Assembly (NCBI GenBank): GCA_963844715.1
Contig: CAWJPJ010000001.1
Location: 1 to 64,000, forward strand
Length of the DNA stretch: 64,000 bases
Direction of reading: 5' to 3'
Source: an uncultured Phycisphaerales bacterium
GTDB lineage: Bacteria > Planctomycetota > Phycisphaerae > Tepidisphaerales > Tepidisphaeraceae
A program made the position numbers and the translations under genes. A model generated the notes under the pieces. It did not search any database. It was not told the origin of the DNA and was given only the letters and a program-made list of their open reading frames with translations. Positions within the stretch are counted from its first letter, which is position 1. Each line of letters opens with the position of its first letter. Below are positions 47,408-58,584 of the stretch, piece after piece.

Positions 47408-47480
47408 TGGGAGCACCTGGATTCGAACCAGGGACCAAGGGTTTATGAGACCCCTGCTCTAACCGCTGAGCTATGCTCCC
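47408..47480 (-). tRNA. tRNA with CAT anticodon (Ile2 or elongator Met), CCA not encoded
   Basis: Reverse complement GGGAGCA TAGCTCAGCGGTTAGAGC A GGGGT CTCATAA ACCCT TGGTC CCTGG TTCGAAT CCAGG TGCTCCC A folds as a cloverleaf; paired 1-72 argues against fMet. Confidence 0.95.
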
Positions 47481-47506
47481 GGCACCTCCCAGAGTATCTT
47501 CACGGC

Positions 47507-49045
47507 ATGCGAAAAAGTAAAACCGCCCGCTCGCTCTCCCTCGCACTTCCGATCGCTCTGACGCTGCTTTTCTGCTCCCCGATCGCCCGCGCCCAGAGCC
47601 GTCCGGATGACTCGCACACTGAGTCTCCCGCCACGCGCCCTGCGGGGGAGGACAAGCTCTCCGTGACCGATCATTCCGTCACCATTGGCGGCCAAAAGAT
47701 CGACTACCAGGCCACCGCCGGCACGATCGCACTCAAGGACGACGCCGGCAAACCCAAGGCGGATTTCTTTTTCGTCGCCTACGTGAAGCAGCCCGCCGCC
47801 GATCCCGCGACGCGGCCGATTACCTTCGTTTTCAACGGCGGCCCCGGCGCCGCGGCCGTCTGGCTTCATCTCGGCGCCGTCGGACCAAAACGAATCGAAC
47901 TCGGGCCCGATGGCCTCCCCGGCGCGCCGCCGTACCATTTGATTGACAACGATCAATCCTGGCTGGATGTGACCGATCTGGTTTTTATTGATCCTGTCGG
48001 CACCGGTTTCAGTCGCCCCGCCGAGGGGCACAAAGCCGAGGATTTCTTCGGCGTCGAGAACGACATCAAATCGGTTGCCGAATTCATCCGCATCTATCTC
48101 ACGCGATACGAAAGATGGTCGAGCCCCAAATTCGTCGCCGGCGAAAGTTACGGCACCACGCGCGCCGCCGGCCTGGCGGAATATCTCGCCGACAACGACG
48201 GAATCGCCGTCAACGGCATCATCCTCATCTCCTCCGTCCTCAATTTCCAAACCATCGCCATCTCCGACGGCAACGATCTCCCCTACGCGCTTTATCTCCC
48301 CAGCTACACCTCCATCGCCGTTTATCACGGGAAGATTCACACCAGTAATGAGCCGAAACTTCTCGACGAAGTCAGCAAATGGGCCCAAGGCGATTACCTG
48401 AAAATTCTGGCCAAAGGTTCGGCGTTGAGCGATTCCGATCGCTCCGATGCGATCGACAAGCTCGCCAAATACACGTCGCTCCCGAAAGATTTGATCGATC
48501 GGTGCAATTTGCGCATCGATCCATCTATTTTTAGAAAGAAATTACTGGCCGACGAGCGCGAAGTCATCGGCCGTTTCGACGGGCGAATTATCGGCGAAGA
48601 CACGGATGCGGGAAACGATTCCGCCGATTTCGATCCGAGCCTTTCGTATTATTTGCCGGTTTACGCCGGAACATTCAACGATTACATCCGGCGTGAATTG
48701 AAATACGAATCCGATCTGAAATACGACGTGCTGAAGCCGATCGGCTCGTGGGATTTCACCGCCGGGCAGGAAGGCGGAATGGGTTTTCTCGACGTCACGT
48801 CAGCGCTGCGCGACGCGATGGTCGGCAACCCGCATTTGCGCGTGATGGTGGCGGCGGGATATGACGATCTGGCGACGCCGTTTCTTTCCGCCAATTATAC
48901 GTTCGATCATCTCGACGAAAGCGGCCGGTTGAAATCCCGCGTGACGCAGACCTACTACCAGAGCGGCCACATGGTCTATCACAATCCGGATTCACTGCGG
49001 CAACTGAAAAAAGACGTGACGAAATTTATCGAGGGCGGAAATTAG
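47507..49045 (+). CDS. Secreted S10-family serine carboxypeptidase
   Basis: Signal peptide, FNGGPG, IDPVGTGFS, GESYG, DLATP, GHMVY. Confidence 0.95.
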   Translation: MRKSKTARSLSLALPIALTLLFCSPIARAQSRPDDSHTESPATRPAGEDKLSVTDHSVTIGGQKIDYQATAGTIALKDDAGKPKADFFFVAYVKQPAADPATRPITFVFNGGPGAAAVWLHLGAVGPKRIELGPDGLPGAPPYHLIDNDQSWLDVTDLVFIDPVGTGFSRPAEGHKAEDFFGVENDIKSVAEFIRIYLTRYERWSSPKFVAGESYGTTRAAGLAEYLADNDGIAVNGIILISSVLNFQTIAISDGNDLPYALYLPSYTSIAVYHGKIHTSNEPKLLDEVSKWAQGDYLKILAKGSALSDSDRSDAIDKLAKYTSLPKDLIDRCNLRIDPSIFRKKLLADEREVIGRFDGRIIGEDTDAGNDSADFDPSLSYYLPVYAGTFNDYIRRELKYESDLKYDVLKPIGSWDFTAGQEGGMGFLDVTSALRDAMVGNPHLRVMVAAGYDDLATPFLSANYTFDHLDESGRLKSRVTQTYYQSGHMVYHNPDSLRQLKKDVTKFIEGGN

Positions 49046-50462
49046 GGTTTCTTGGGCGTGTCACTCACGTCCACCACATCGATTTGAAAAATCAGCGTCG
49101 AATACGGCGGCACTCCGCTGGCGCCGATTTCGCCGTAAGCGAGCGAGGGGGGGATATAGAGTTTGATCGTCCCGCCTTGTCTTATTTTTTGCAGACCTTC
49201 ATACCATCCGGCGATCGGCCAAACTCCGGGCGGACTTCGCAGCGCGACGGTGTGGGTGTCTCCCGGATCGGTGCGGTCAAAGACTTTGCCGCCGAGGAGA
49301 CTGCCGACGTAATGAACCTTGATGGTTTTTCCCGGGGCCGGATAAGGACCGGTGCCGGGTTTGATGATTTCGTAGCACAGGCCGCTGGGGAGTTCGACCA
49401 CGTTCGGGTTTTTCTTCAATTCGGCGAAGAACGCCTGCGTGTCGGCCGTTTGTTTCTCTTTAAACTCCTCCCGCGCCTTTTCGACATGCTCTTGAACGAA
49501 CTGGTGAACCGCCGGACCGATTTGATCCAGGTCGTACGGAGGCGGCTCACCTTTGACCCCGGCCATCAAACCCGTGGTCAGAAAGGTCAATTCGTCGTCG
49601 CCAAACCCGAACTTGGATAGGGCGGCTCTGCGGGTCGTGTTCCAGCCCCATGTTTCGATGATCTGCTGTACGGAATACCCCGACGGCGGATCCGGCGGAG
49701 GGATGGGCGCCGGCGGGAGGAGGGTGATTTCGAGCACATCGGGCGGGGTCGGCTTGATGTCCAGGAGTTCGACTTCGTAAATCACGGCCGATCCGGGCGG
49801 AATGCCGTACATGGCCAATTCGTATTCAGACGGCGGAGTCTGGACATATAGCCTGATCAAGCCCCCTTTGTTGATCTTCTGAAGGCCCTCGTAAACGTAT
49901 TTGTTAAAGCGGTTTGGCCAGAGCACCAAATCGATCGGGCCGGTTTGCGGAATTCGGTCCCGTCCAGGAGGTGCCCCAGGAAGTGCACGTTTACGGTTTG
50001 CTGGGGAGTCGGGGAAGGCCCGGACCCGGGCCGGATAATTTTGTAGCGTAGGCCGCTGGGCAGTTTGACGACGTCGGGATCCTTGTCCAATTCATCGAAG
50101 AACGCCTTCGCCTCGGCCTGATTCCTATCAGCAACGGCGGTCACGTATTTTGCACGTCGCTGCTTGGCCAGAATTCTCACGTCGGGAATGATTTTGCCGT
50201 AGTAGTAGGGACACGGCGCCCTTTTCCAGCCCTCGGCCACGCCCTTCAGGAACGCCGGAGCCTCATCATCACTGATTTCGGAGTGGTCCGCCTTTCCCTC
50301 GTGGGCGATGATCCAACCCCAGGTTTGAAGGATTTGCTGTTCTGAGAAATTCGATGGGGATGTCTGCGCTTCGGCGGGCAATGTGGTCGGCTGCCCCATC
50401 GCAAAATTGACAAGACATCCGCAGACCAGTCCGCCAATGATAAGAAAAGGCCTCAAATTCAT
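49042..50462 (-). CDS. Secreted FKBP-type PPIase with two tandem FKBP_N/FKBP_C modules (frameshifted)
   Basis: 'LPSGL.Y.II.PG.GP', 'VH..G.LL.G..F', 'EGLQKI..GG' and 'G(I/V)PP' each occur twice. Confidence 0.88.
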
Positions 50463-51093
50463 CCTCGCTTGCCAAGAATTTAATAAAGTTTCGCGCCGGT
50501 GCAAATTTTGGTGTTGTAGTCTTTTCTACTCATTGCATAACATCATCTAGGTGATAAACTCACGACAGCGTAAGATTATCTAGGCGAAGGAATCAGGTTC
50601 GTTTTTAGCATTTCATAAAGATTAATCCGGGGTGGCCGACAGTGGCTAATCCGGCAATTTAGAGTTGTTGTTACATAATTCTTAGACGTAAGCCGGGCAA
50701 AAACCATGTCTGGCGGAGGTGGGGAGTCTGTCTCTTGGGGACGACTTCCACGCGCCGTGCGGCGAATTTTGGGACGTGGAAATCCACGTTTGGGCTGCCA
50801 CGGCGTGATCTGGGCCAATTCACAAAGCTAACGGCCTCTATTGGAAGCGCGTTCCCTCATCTCGTTATGTACTGCCGGCCAAGCCCGGTGTTCCGCGGTC
50901 GATCGACCGCGGACGGCAGTCACAAAAACATTGCTGATCAATCTCGTCCCCCGCTGCTGCGAGGAGTCTCATGTGGGAATTTGGCGGTATTGCTTACCGC
51001 CCCCCACATGAGAACTCCCAAAAGACGGGGGGAATGTCCCTCCGTCTGTCAGGCCGTAGTTTCAATCAAATCTCACCCTACGGAGGTTCAATC

Positions 51094-51939
51094 ATGACCT
51101 GTTTCAAATCACTCAAGTACATCGCATTCGCCGCGGTTGGCGGATTGCTATGTATGCCCTCGCTGGTCAAGGCGGATATCGTCTCGACCATCGAGAATGC
51201 GGCGTCCGGAACCACGGTTTCGTGCTCCGGCACTTATACGGTTACCGTGGAAATCAAGGTTCCCACCAACGTGACGGTCAAGGGACCGGCCACGTTCAGC
51301 TTCACGACCAAATACAACACCACCGCAGGTTTCTATTGCGATGGCGGCAACAGCCAGAAGATCGAAAGCATTACCGTCGAAGGCGCGAATCACGGGATCG
51401 ACGTTGAAGCCTCGAGCGTCACCATCAGTTCCTGCGTTGCGCATAACAACTACAACACCGGCATCATCCTCGAAGACAGCGACGCCAAGAGCTGCACTGT
51501 CTCCGGTTGCACGTCGTACGACAACGTCGACTCGCAGACCGGCGGCGGCAATGCCGATGGTTTCGGTTGCAAGAGCGGAACGGGCTCAGGCAACACGTTC
51601 TCCAGCGATACCGCATACGACAATTCGGATGATGGGTTCGACTACGAAAAGGCGGGCGATCCGGTCACGTCCACGAGCTGCACGTCCCACAACGAAGGTT
51701 CCTATGATGGGTACCAGGGGAACGGCAACGGCTTCAAGATGGGCATTGGCGGCGATAGCACAGCCAATACCTACACGAGCTGCACCGCCTACGACAACAC
51801 CGCCGGCAACTCGCCGCATGGTTTCAGCACCAACGGCAACACCGGCAAGATCAAGTTGAACGAGTGCCACAGCTACAGCAACAAAGACAACGACGTGCTG
51901 GGCAATTGTGTTCTGACCAACTGCACGATGCAGACCTGA
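51094..51939 (+). CDS. Secreted right-handed beta-helix protein, PL9 pectate-lyase-like
   Basis: GGAGG RBS, signal peptide ending VKA, 'GNADGFGCK', 'NSDDGFD', 'GNGNGFKMG'. Confidence 0.82.
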   Translation: MTCFKSLKYIAFAAVGGLLCMPSLVKADIVSTIENAASGTTVSCSGTYTVTVEIKVPTNVTVKGPATFSFTTKYNTTAGFYCDGGNSQKIESITVEGANHGIDVEASSVTISSCVAHNNYNTGIILEDSDAKSCTVSGCTSYDNVDSQTGGGNADGFGCKSGTGSGNTFSSDTAYDNSDDGFDYEKAGDPVTSTSCTSHNEGSYDGYQGNGNGFKMGIGGDSTANTYTSCTAYDNTAGNSPHGFSTNGNTGKIKLNECHSYSNKDNDVLGNCVLTNCTMQT

Positions 51940-51996
51940 TCGCGAGTTGGAGCCTTTTGTTCGACTGAATAAGCAAGCGGTGACGCGATTTGATAA

Positions 51997-52036
51997 CATG
52001 GGGACCGGGCATAAAACCCCGGTCCCCATGCCTTTT
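51997..52036 (+). terminator. Probable intrinsic terminator
   Basis: 13-bp stem catggggaccggg/cccggtccccatg followed by cctttt. Confidence 0.7.
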
Positions 52037-52092
52037 ATATGGGGGGGATGTTTTGGCTCCGCAGTAGTCGATTCCATGGCGTGAGAGTGACG

Positions 52093-53959
52093 ATGTCACT
52101 GGTGTCTCAACCGCAGCAGAAAAATCCGGCTGCTCTGACTCCCAAAATCCGCTTGGCCCTCCTGGCGAAGATCGGATTGGGGCTCCTTTTGTTTGGGGCA
52201 ACCCTGCTGGCTTATGGACCCGCGCTGCACGGCGGGTTGATCATGGACGACGCCTACCACGTCACGGCGCCGTCCCTGCAATCCTGGGCCGGACTGCGGC
52301 GGATCTGGACCGTGGTCGGCGCCACCCATCAATATTTTCCGCTGTTGCATACCGCCTTTTGGATCGAGCACCGAATATGGAGCGATTCCGTTCTGGGATA
52401 TCATCTGACGAACGTGCTGCTGCACGCCGGTTCGGCGTGCCTGTTGGTGGCGATCATGCGGCGGCTGGCGCTGCCGGGGGCTTGGTTCGCGGGATTTATA
52501 TTCGCGCTTCATCCGGTGTGCGTTGAATCCGTGGCGTGGATTTCGGAGCAAAAAAACACGCTTTCCACGCTCCTCGCCCTGGGGTCGGCCCTGGTTTATT
52601 TGCGATTCGACGAAACTGCGCCGGCGGCCAGGTTTCTTCGTCGCTTTGGCACTGTTTATCTGTTCCGTGCTTTGCAAGAGCATAACGATCACCCTCCCGG
52701 CGGCGCTGCTGGTCGTTTTGTGGTGGAAACGCGGACGCCTGCAATGGAAGCGCGACGTCCTGCCGCTCCTTCCCTGGCTGCTCATCGGCGTGCCGCTGAT
52801 CCTGCCGGCGGCTGGGATGGAGCGGAAGATGTGCGCCGCTTCGCCGGCTGACTTTTCACTCTCCTTGCTCCAAAGAACATTTTGGCGGGGCATATATTCT
52901 GGTTCTATCTGGGCAAACTGCTTTGGCCGGCGCATTTGGTCTACATGTATCCGAGATGGAACGCCGCGGCCGGAACCTGGCATCGATATGCCTACACGCC
53001 GGCGGCGATTGCTTTCGGGGCAGCTCTTTGTTGCTATGGCGCGCAAACATCGCGGGCCCCTGGCGGCTTTTTTGATCTTCGCCGGAACGCTGCTTCCCGT
53101 GCTCGGCTTCGTCAATGTTTACTGGTTCGCCATCTCGTATGTCGGCGATCATCTCCAATATCTATCCTGCCTGGCGATCATCGCGCTGTTCGCGTCGGCA
53201 GCAGCGATGGCGGCAAGCAAACTACCGGGGGCAGTTCGCACCATAGCGGCGGCGGGTTTGCTGGTGATTTTGGGCGTCCTGACGTGGCGGCAGAGCAGAA
53301 TCTATCGCGATCCCGAGACACTTTATCGCGCGACGTTGGCCCAGAATCCGGCGAGCTGGGTCGCCCATTACAACCTGGGGGATACCTTGAACCAGCTTCC
53401 GGGCCGGCAGGCGGAGGTCATCGAGGAATGGGAGGCGACTCTCCGCTACAGACCCGATTACGCCGAGGTGCACAATAACCTGGGGTGCATCTTGGCCTCC
53501 GATCCGGATCGCGTGCAGGAAGCGATCGAGCACTTCGAATCGGCGATCCGAATCAAACCCGATTTCGCTGATGCCCATGGCAATCTCGGGGCCGTGTTGA
53601 GCCAGATGCCGGGCCAGACCGCCGAAGCGATTGAGCAATTTGAGCTGTCGCTGCGTTACGATCCGAATTCGGCGCAAACGCATAACAATTTTGGAAATAT
53701 GTTGATGGATATCCCGGGACGATTGGACGACGCCATCGACCAGCTTGAGGTCGCGGTTCGCATCCAGCCGGATTATGCTGAAGCGCAGTGGAATCTGGCA
53801 CTGGCCCTGTCGCGGGAGCCCGCGCGAGCGGCCGAGGCAATCAGCCATTTGCAGATCGCGTTGCGTCTCGATCCCGACTTGGAGAGTCAGGGGGGCCCGC
53901 AACTGATGAAACATCTGCGGAGGCTTCAGGAGCGGAAATTGGCGCAGCGGAGTAACTGA
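52093..53959 (+). CDS. TMTC-like GT-C glycosyltransferase with TPR repeats, copy 1 (frameshifted)
   Basis: 'IMDD', 'YHLTNVLLH', 'HPVCVESVAWISEQK', multiple TMs, C-terminal TPRs. Confidence 0.82.
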
Positions 53960-56380
53960 TGGCATCGGTGAGGCAGCAGCGCGACAGTATCAACGCCCAC
54001 CTCGCCGGAGCGGGGGTGATTGTGTTGCTGGGAGTTCTCGCCTACCTCCCGGCTCTGCCGGGCGGGTTCATCTGGGACGATGACTCCTGGACCACCGGAA
54101 TTCTCCCCCTCGTGCGGGATTTTGCGGGACTGGAAAAGATGTGGTTCCAGGCTACTGCGCTTCAGCAATATTATCCGCTGACAGGCACCAGCTTCTGGAT
54201 CGATTACCATTTGTGGGGATTTCACACCCTCCCCTACCACATCGAAAACCTGTCGCTCCATCTCACCTCGGCGCTTCTTTTCTGGACGTCGCTTAAGAAA
54301 CTTCGGGTTCCAGGCTCCTGGCTGGCCGGAGCGATATTCGCCGTCCATCCCGTCATGGTCGAATCCGTTGCCTGGATCACCGAACGTAAAAACGTCCTCT
54401 CCATGGTCTGCTTTCTGCTCGCCCTGCTCGCCTACGGGCGGTTCAGCCAGTTCTGGAGGGAAGAGAAGAAACCGAAGCGGGACTGGCGAGCCTGGAGCTT
54501 GGCGTTGGTTCTATTTGTCTGCGCTCTATTGGCCAAGACCACCGCCTTCGCGCTACCGGCGGTGCTACTGCTCATTTGCTGGTGGAAGAGGGGCGAGATT
54601 CGCTTGAAGCGGGACGTTCTTCCCACGTTACCCTTCTTTGTCATTTCGATCATCTTTTGCGTGGCGACAGGCTGGCTGGAGAAAAACCACGTGGGAGCCA
54701 AGGGACCGGCGTGGGATATCTCGTTCCCGGCGCGATGTCTCATCGCGGGACGGGTGATCTGGTTCTATGTCGGCAAACTCGTCTGGCCCAGTTCATTCTG
54801 CTTCGTCTACCCGCTGGCACGTGAATGTGGCCTCCTGGAAACAGTGGCTATTGCCGATCAGCGTGGTGGCGATCATTGGGGCCCTCTGGCACTACCGCCG
54901 CCGCGTCGGCCGAGGCCCGCTGACTGCCGTCCTGTTCTTCATCGGCACCCTCTTCCCCGCCCTGGGGTTCATGAACGCCTATTACATGTGCTTTTCCTTC
55001 GTCTGCGATCACTGGACATACCTTTCCACCCTGGGGCTGATCGCTCTGACCGCGGCGCTGGCGGTCACGGCGGCGGACCGATTTAAGATCAGGCCTGCGC
55101 TGTACGCCGTGTCGGCTTTGCTCCTGCCGCTGCTTGCCGTTTTGACCTGGCGGCAGTGTCATGCGTACGGCGGTATGGAGGACCTCTGGCGCGATACCCT
55201 GGCGAAGAATCCCGATGCCTGGCTGGCACACAACAATCTGGGCGTTTTGCTGTCGGCCGAGGGAAAGACCGCCGAGGCAGTCGCTCATTACCAGGCGACC
55301 ATCCGTCTCGATCCCGATTTTGAGCAGGCGTATAACAACATGGGGATCGTTTATGCGCAAGCCGGGAAGACGCAAGAGGCCATCTCGCAGTACGCGGAGG
55401 CGTTGCGCCTCAATCCGCAGTTTGCGGAGGCGGAATACAACTGGGGCATCGCCCTGCAACTTGCGGGCAGAGACCGGGAAGCGATTCCCCACTACGAGCG
55501 GGCCATCGAACTGCAGCACGATTTTTCCAAGGCGGAGTACAATCTCGGGTTAATTTTCGTAGATTTGGGGAACATCCCGGAGGCGATCGAACGTTTCAAG
55601 GCAGCGCTGAACATCGATCCGGATTACGCCGACGCGCACTACGACCTTGGTTTGGCTCTGGCAAAGCAAGGTAAATTGGACGAAGCGATCGCCCACTGGC
55701 AGCGGACTTTGCAATTACAGCCGAACTATCCCGAGGCAGAATACAACTGGGGATTTGCCCTCCAGCAAATGGGCCGCAATGATGAGGCGATCCCCCATTA
55801 CCAGCAAACGATCCGGCTGAAACCCGACTTTTTCGACGCGCAATACAATCTTGGGCAGCTCCTGCTGCAATCGGGAAAAATCGACGAAGGGATCTCGCAC
55901 TTACAGGCCGCGGTGAGGATCAAGCCGGACTCGGCTCCCGCGCACAACACCCTGGCCTTCGTCCTTTGGCAAACCGGACGGGCAAAGGATGCCATCGCGC
56001 AGTGGAACCTGGCCCTGCAATACAACCCTGATTATTCCGAAGCCCAAAACGCGCTGGCGTGGCTGCTGGCAACCCTGTCGCCGGCCGACGGGGGCGATCC
56101 GACGCGAGCCGTCAGTCTGGCGCGGTGCGCTTGCGAGTTGTCTCGATATCAGGTCGCCGGCTATGTCGACACGCTGGCGACCGCCTATGCCGCCGCCCAG
56201 CAATTCGACCAGGCGATCGCCACGGCGAAGAAGGCAATCGATCTGGCGCGCGCCGCCGGTCAGTCGCAGTTGGTTCGGGAGATCCAGGCTCGCCTGCAAT
56301 CATATGAGGATCGTCATCGTTATATGCAACCGCCACCTGTCGTTCAGAGCCAGCCGGCCGTGGCGGGACAAAACCCGTGA
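53959..56380 (+). CDS. TMTC-like GT-C/TPR protein, copy 2 (frameshifted)
   Basis: 'IWDDD', 'HPVMVESVAWITERK', 'DHWTYL', long TPR array. Confidence 0.85.
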
Positions 56381-58562
56381 AGGAAAAATCCAATAATCTT
56401 GTGGCCCGCTGCGCCGGAATTGCCGTGATCGTGTTGCTGGGCGCATCGGCATATTACCCGGCAATGTCGGGGAAATTCGTCTGGGACGACGACTCCTGGA
56501 CGACCGGCATCTCCTTTCTGTTGCGCAATTTTGCCGGCTTGCGGTCGATGTGGCTCAATCCCACGGCCCTGCAACAGTATTATCCACTCACCGGGACCAC
56601 GTTTTGGCTGGATTATCACTTCTGGGGCTTCTGGACGGTCCCCTACCACATTGAAAACCTTGTGCTGCATATCTGTTCCGCCTGCTGCTGTGGCGATTTT
56701 CGTGGCGGCTTGGGGTGCCTGGCGCGTGGCTCGCCAGCGCCATTTTTGCGGTCCACCCCGTTATGGTCGAATCGGTGGCGTGGATCACCGAGCGAAAAAA
56801 CGTTCTCTCGATGGTCTTTTATCTCAGCGCTCTGCTGGCTTACGGGCGTTTCAATTCGTTCTGGGGCGAAGAGAAAGTTGGCTCGCCCCGGCACTGGGGA
56901 GCGTATGCACTGGCGTTCGTTTTGTTCACGGCCGCTTTGTTGTCGAAGACCACCGCCTTCTCCCTGCCCGCGGTCATTTTGCTGATCTGCTGGTGGAAAC
57001 GGGGATGGATCAACTGGCGGGAGATATGCCTGACCTTGCCGTTCTTTGCGGTATCCATTGGCTTTTGTTTGGGCACGGCGTGGCTCGAAAAAAACCACGT
57101 CGGAGCCCGAGGACCGGAGTGGGCGATTCCCTTCGCGCAGCGATGCCTGATCGCCGGCCGCGTTTTTTGGTTTTACCTCTGGAAACTTGTCTGGCCGGCG
57201 AATCTCTCTTTCGTTTACACGCGCTGGCGGCTCAACACCCATTCGGCTTGGGAATGGTTCTTTCCGATCAGCGCCGTTGGCGTTCTCGTGTGGGTTTGGC
57301 TGGCGGAATCGAATCGGGCGCGGACCCGCGGCGGCGGCTTTCTTTTATGTCGGCACGCTCTTTCCGTCTTTGGGATTCATGAACGCATACTTCATGCGCT
57401 ACTCGTTTGTGTGCGATCATTGGGCCTATCTGTCCAGCCTGGGGCTTATTGCCCTTGCGGCCGCGATGGTCGTCGCGCAGCCGCTCGCTTCCACATGCCT
57501 GAATCGTACTTTGGGTTTGCCGGAGTGCTGCTGCCGATATTGGCGATCCTCACCTGGCGGCAATGCGGGATCTACGCCGATCTGGAAACGCTCTGGCGCG
57601 ACACGTTGACAAAAAATCCGACCACCTGGCTGGCCCTGAACAACCTGGGCATCGTTTTGCGCAACCAGGGAAAGCTCCCCGAAGCGATCGCGCTTTACCA
57701 TGAGTCGTTGCGATACGATCCGGATTACGCCGAAACCCACAATAACCTGGGCGTCGCCTTGAAAAAGGAGGGGAAGACCGACGAGGCGATCAACGAATAT
57801 CTCGTGGCGCTTCGAATCAAGCCGGATTATGCCGAGGCCCACGGCAATCTCGGAAACGCGCGTGCGCGCAAAGGCCAGTTACCGGAAGCGGTGGACCAAT
57901 ATGACCAAGCGCTGCGAATTCAGCCTGAGTACGCCGAAGCGCGCTACAACCTGGCGATCGCCCTCACTCAGCAAGGCAAAATCGACGATGCGATTGATCA
58001 ATACCGGCAGACGCTGCAAATTGATCCCGATTTTTTCGAAGCACACTGCAACCTGGCGGTGCTTTTCATGCAACAAGGCCGATTTCCGCAGGCGGTCGCG
58101 GAATATGACGAGGCGGTGAGAATCAGGCCCAATTCCGCGACAGCGCATAATGACCTGGCGTTGGCCCTCTCTCGGGCGGGCCAGCCGCGGGAGGCGATTT
58201 CGAATTGGGAAGCCGCGCTGCGAATCAAGCCGAATTATCTCGAGGCTGCAAACAGCCTCGCGTGGCAACTGGCCACGGTGAATCCTTCCGAGGGGGGCGA
58301 TCCGAACCAGGCGCTTGCTTTGGCTCAGAAAATCTGTGATGGCACCGGGTATCAGGTGCCGGAATGTCTCGACACGTTGGCGGCCGCTTTCGCCGCCACC
58401 GGCAATTTCAACGATGCAATCGCCGCGGCAAAGAGGGGGATCGATCTGGCCCGCGCCGGCGGGGATACGCAGTTGGTGGGGGCGATTGAAAACCGGCTTC
58501 AGATGTACCAGTCGGGCCAACCCTATCTCGCCTCCCCCGCCGCAACCAGGCCCGCCAATTAA
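56377..58562 (+). CDS. TMTC-like GT-C/TPR protein, copy 3 (frameshifted)
   Basis: 'VWDDD', 'HPVMVESVAWITERK', 'DHWAYL', TPR array. Confidence 0.85.
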
Positions 58563-58584
58563 TGAACCCCGCGTCTGGGCTCCC

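Noticed and set aside
46769..49045. 758-aa integrase-peptidase fusion ORF
   Set aside because: It reads through an antisense tRNA, and the peptidase has its own ATG and signal peptide at 47507. Most likely chance or indel read-through.
50690..50760. c-di-GMP-I riboswitch (GGCAAAA...)
   Set aside because: The GNRA/receptor stem and following conserved elements could not be identified.
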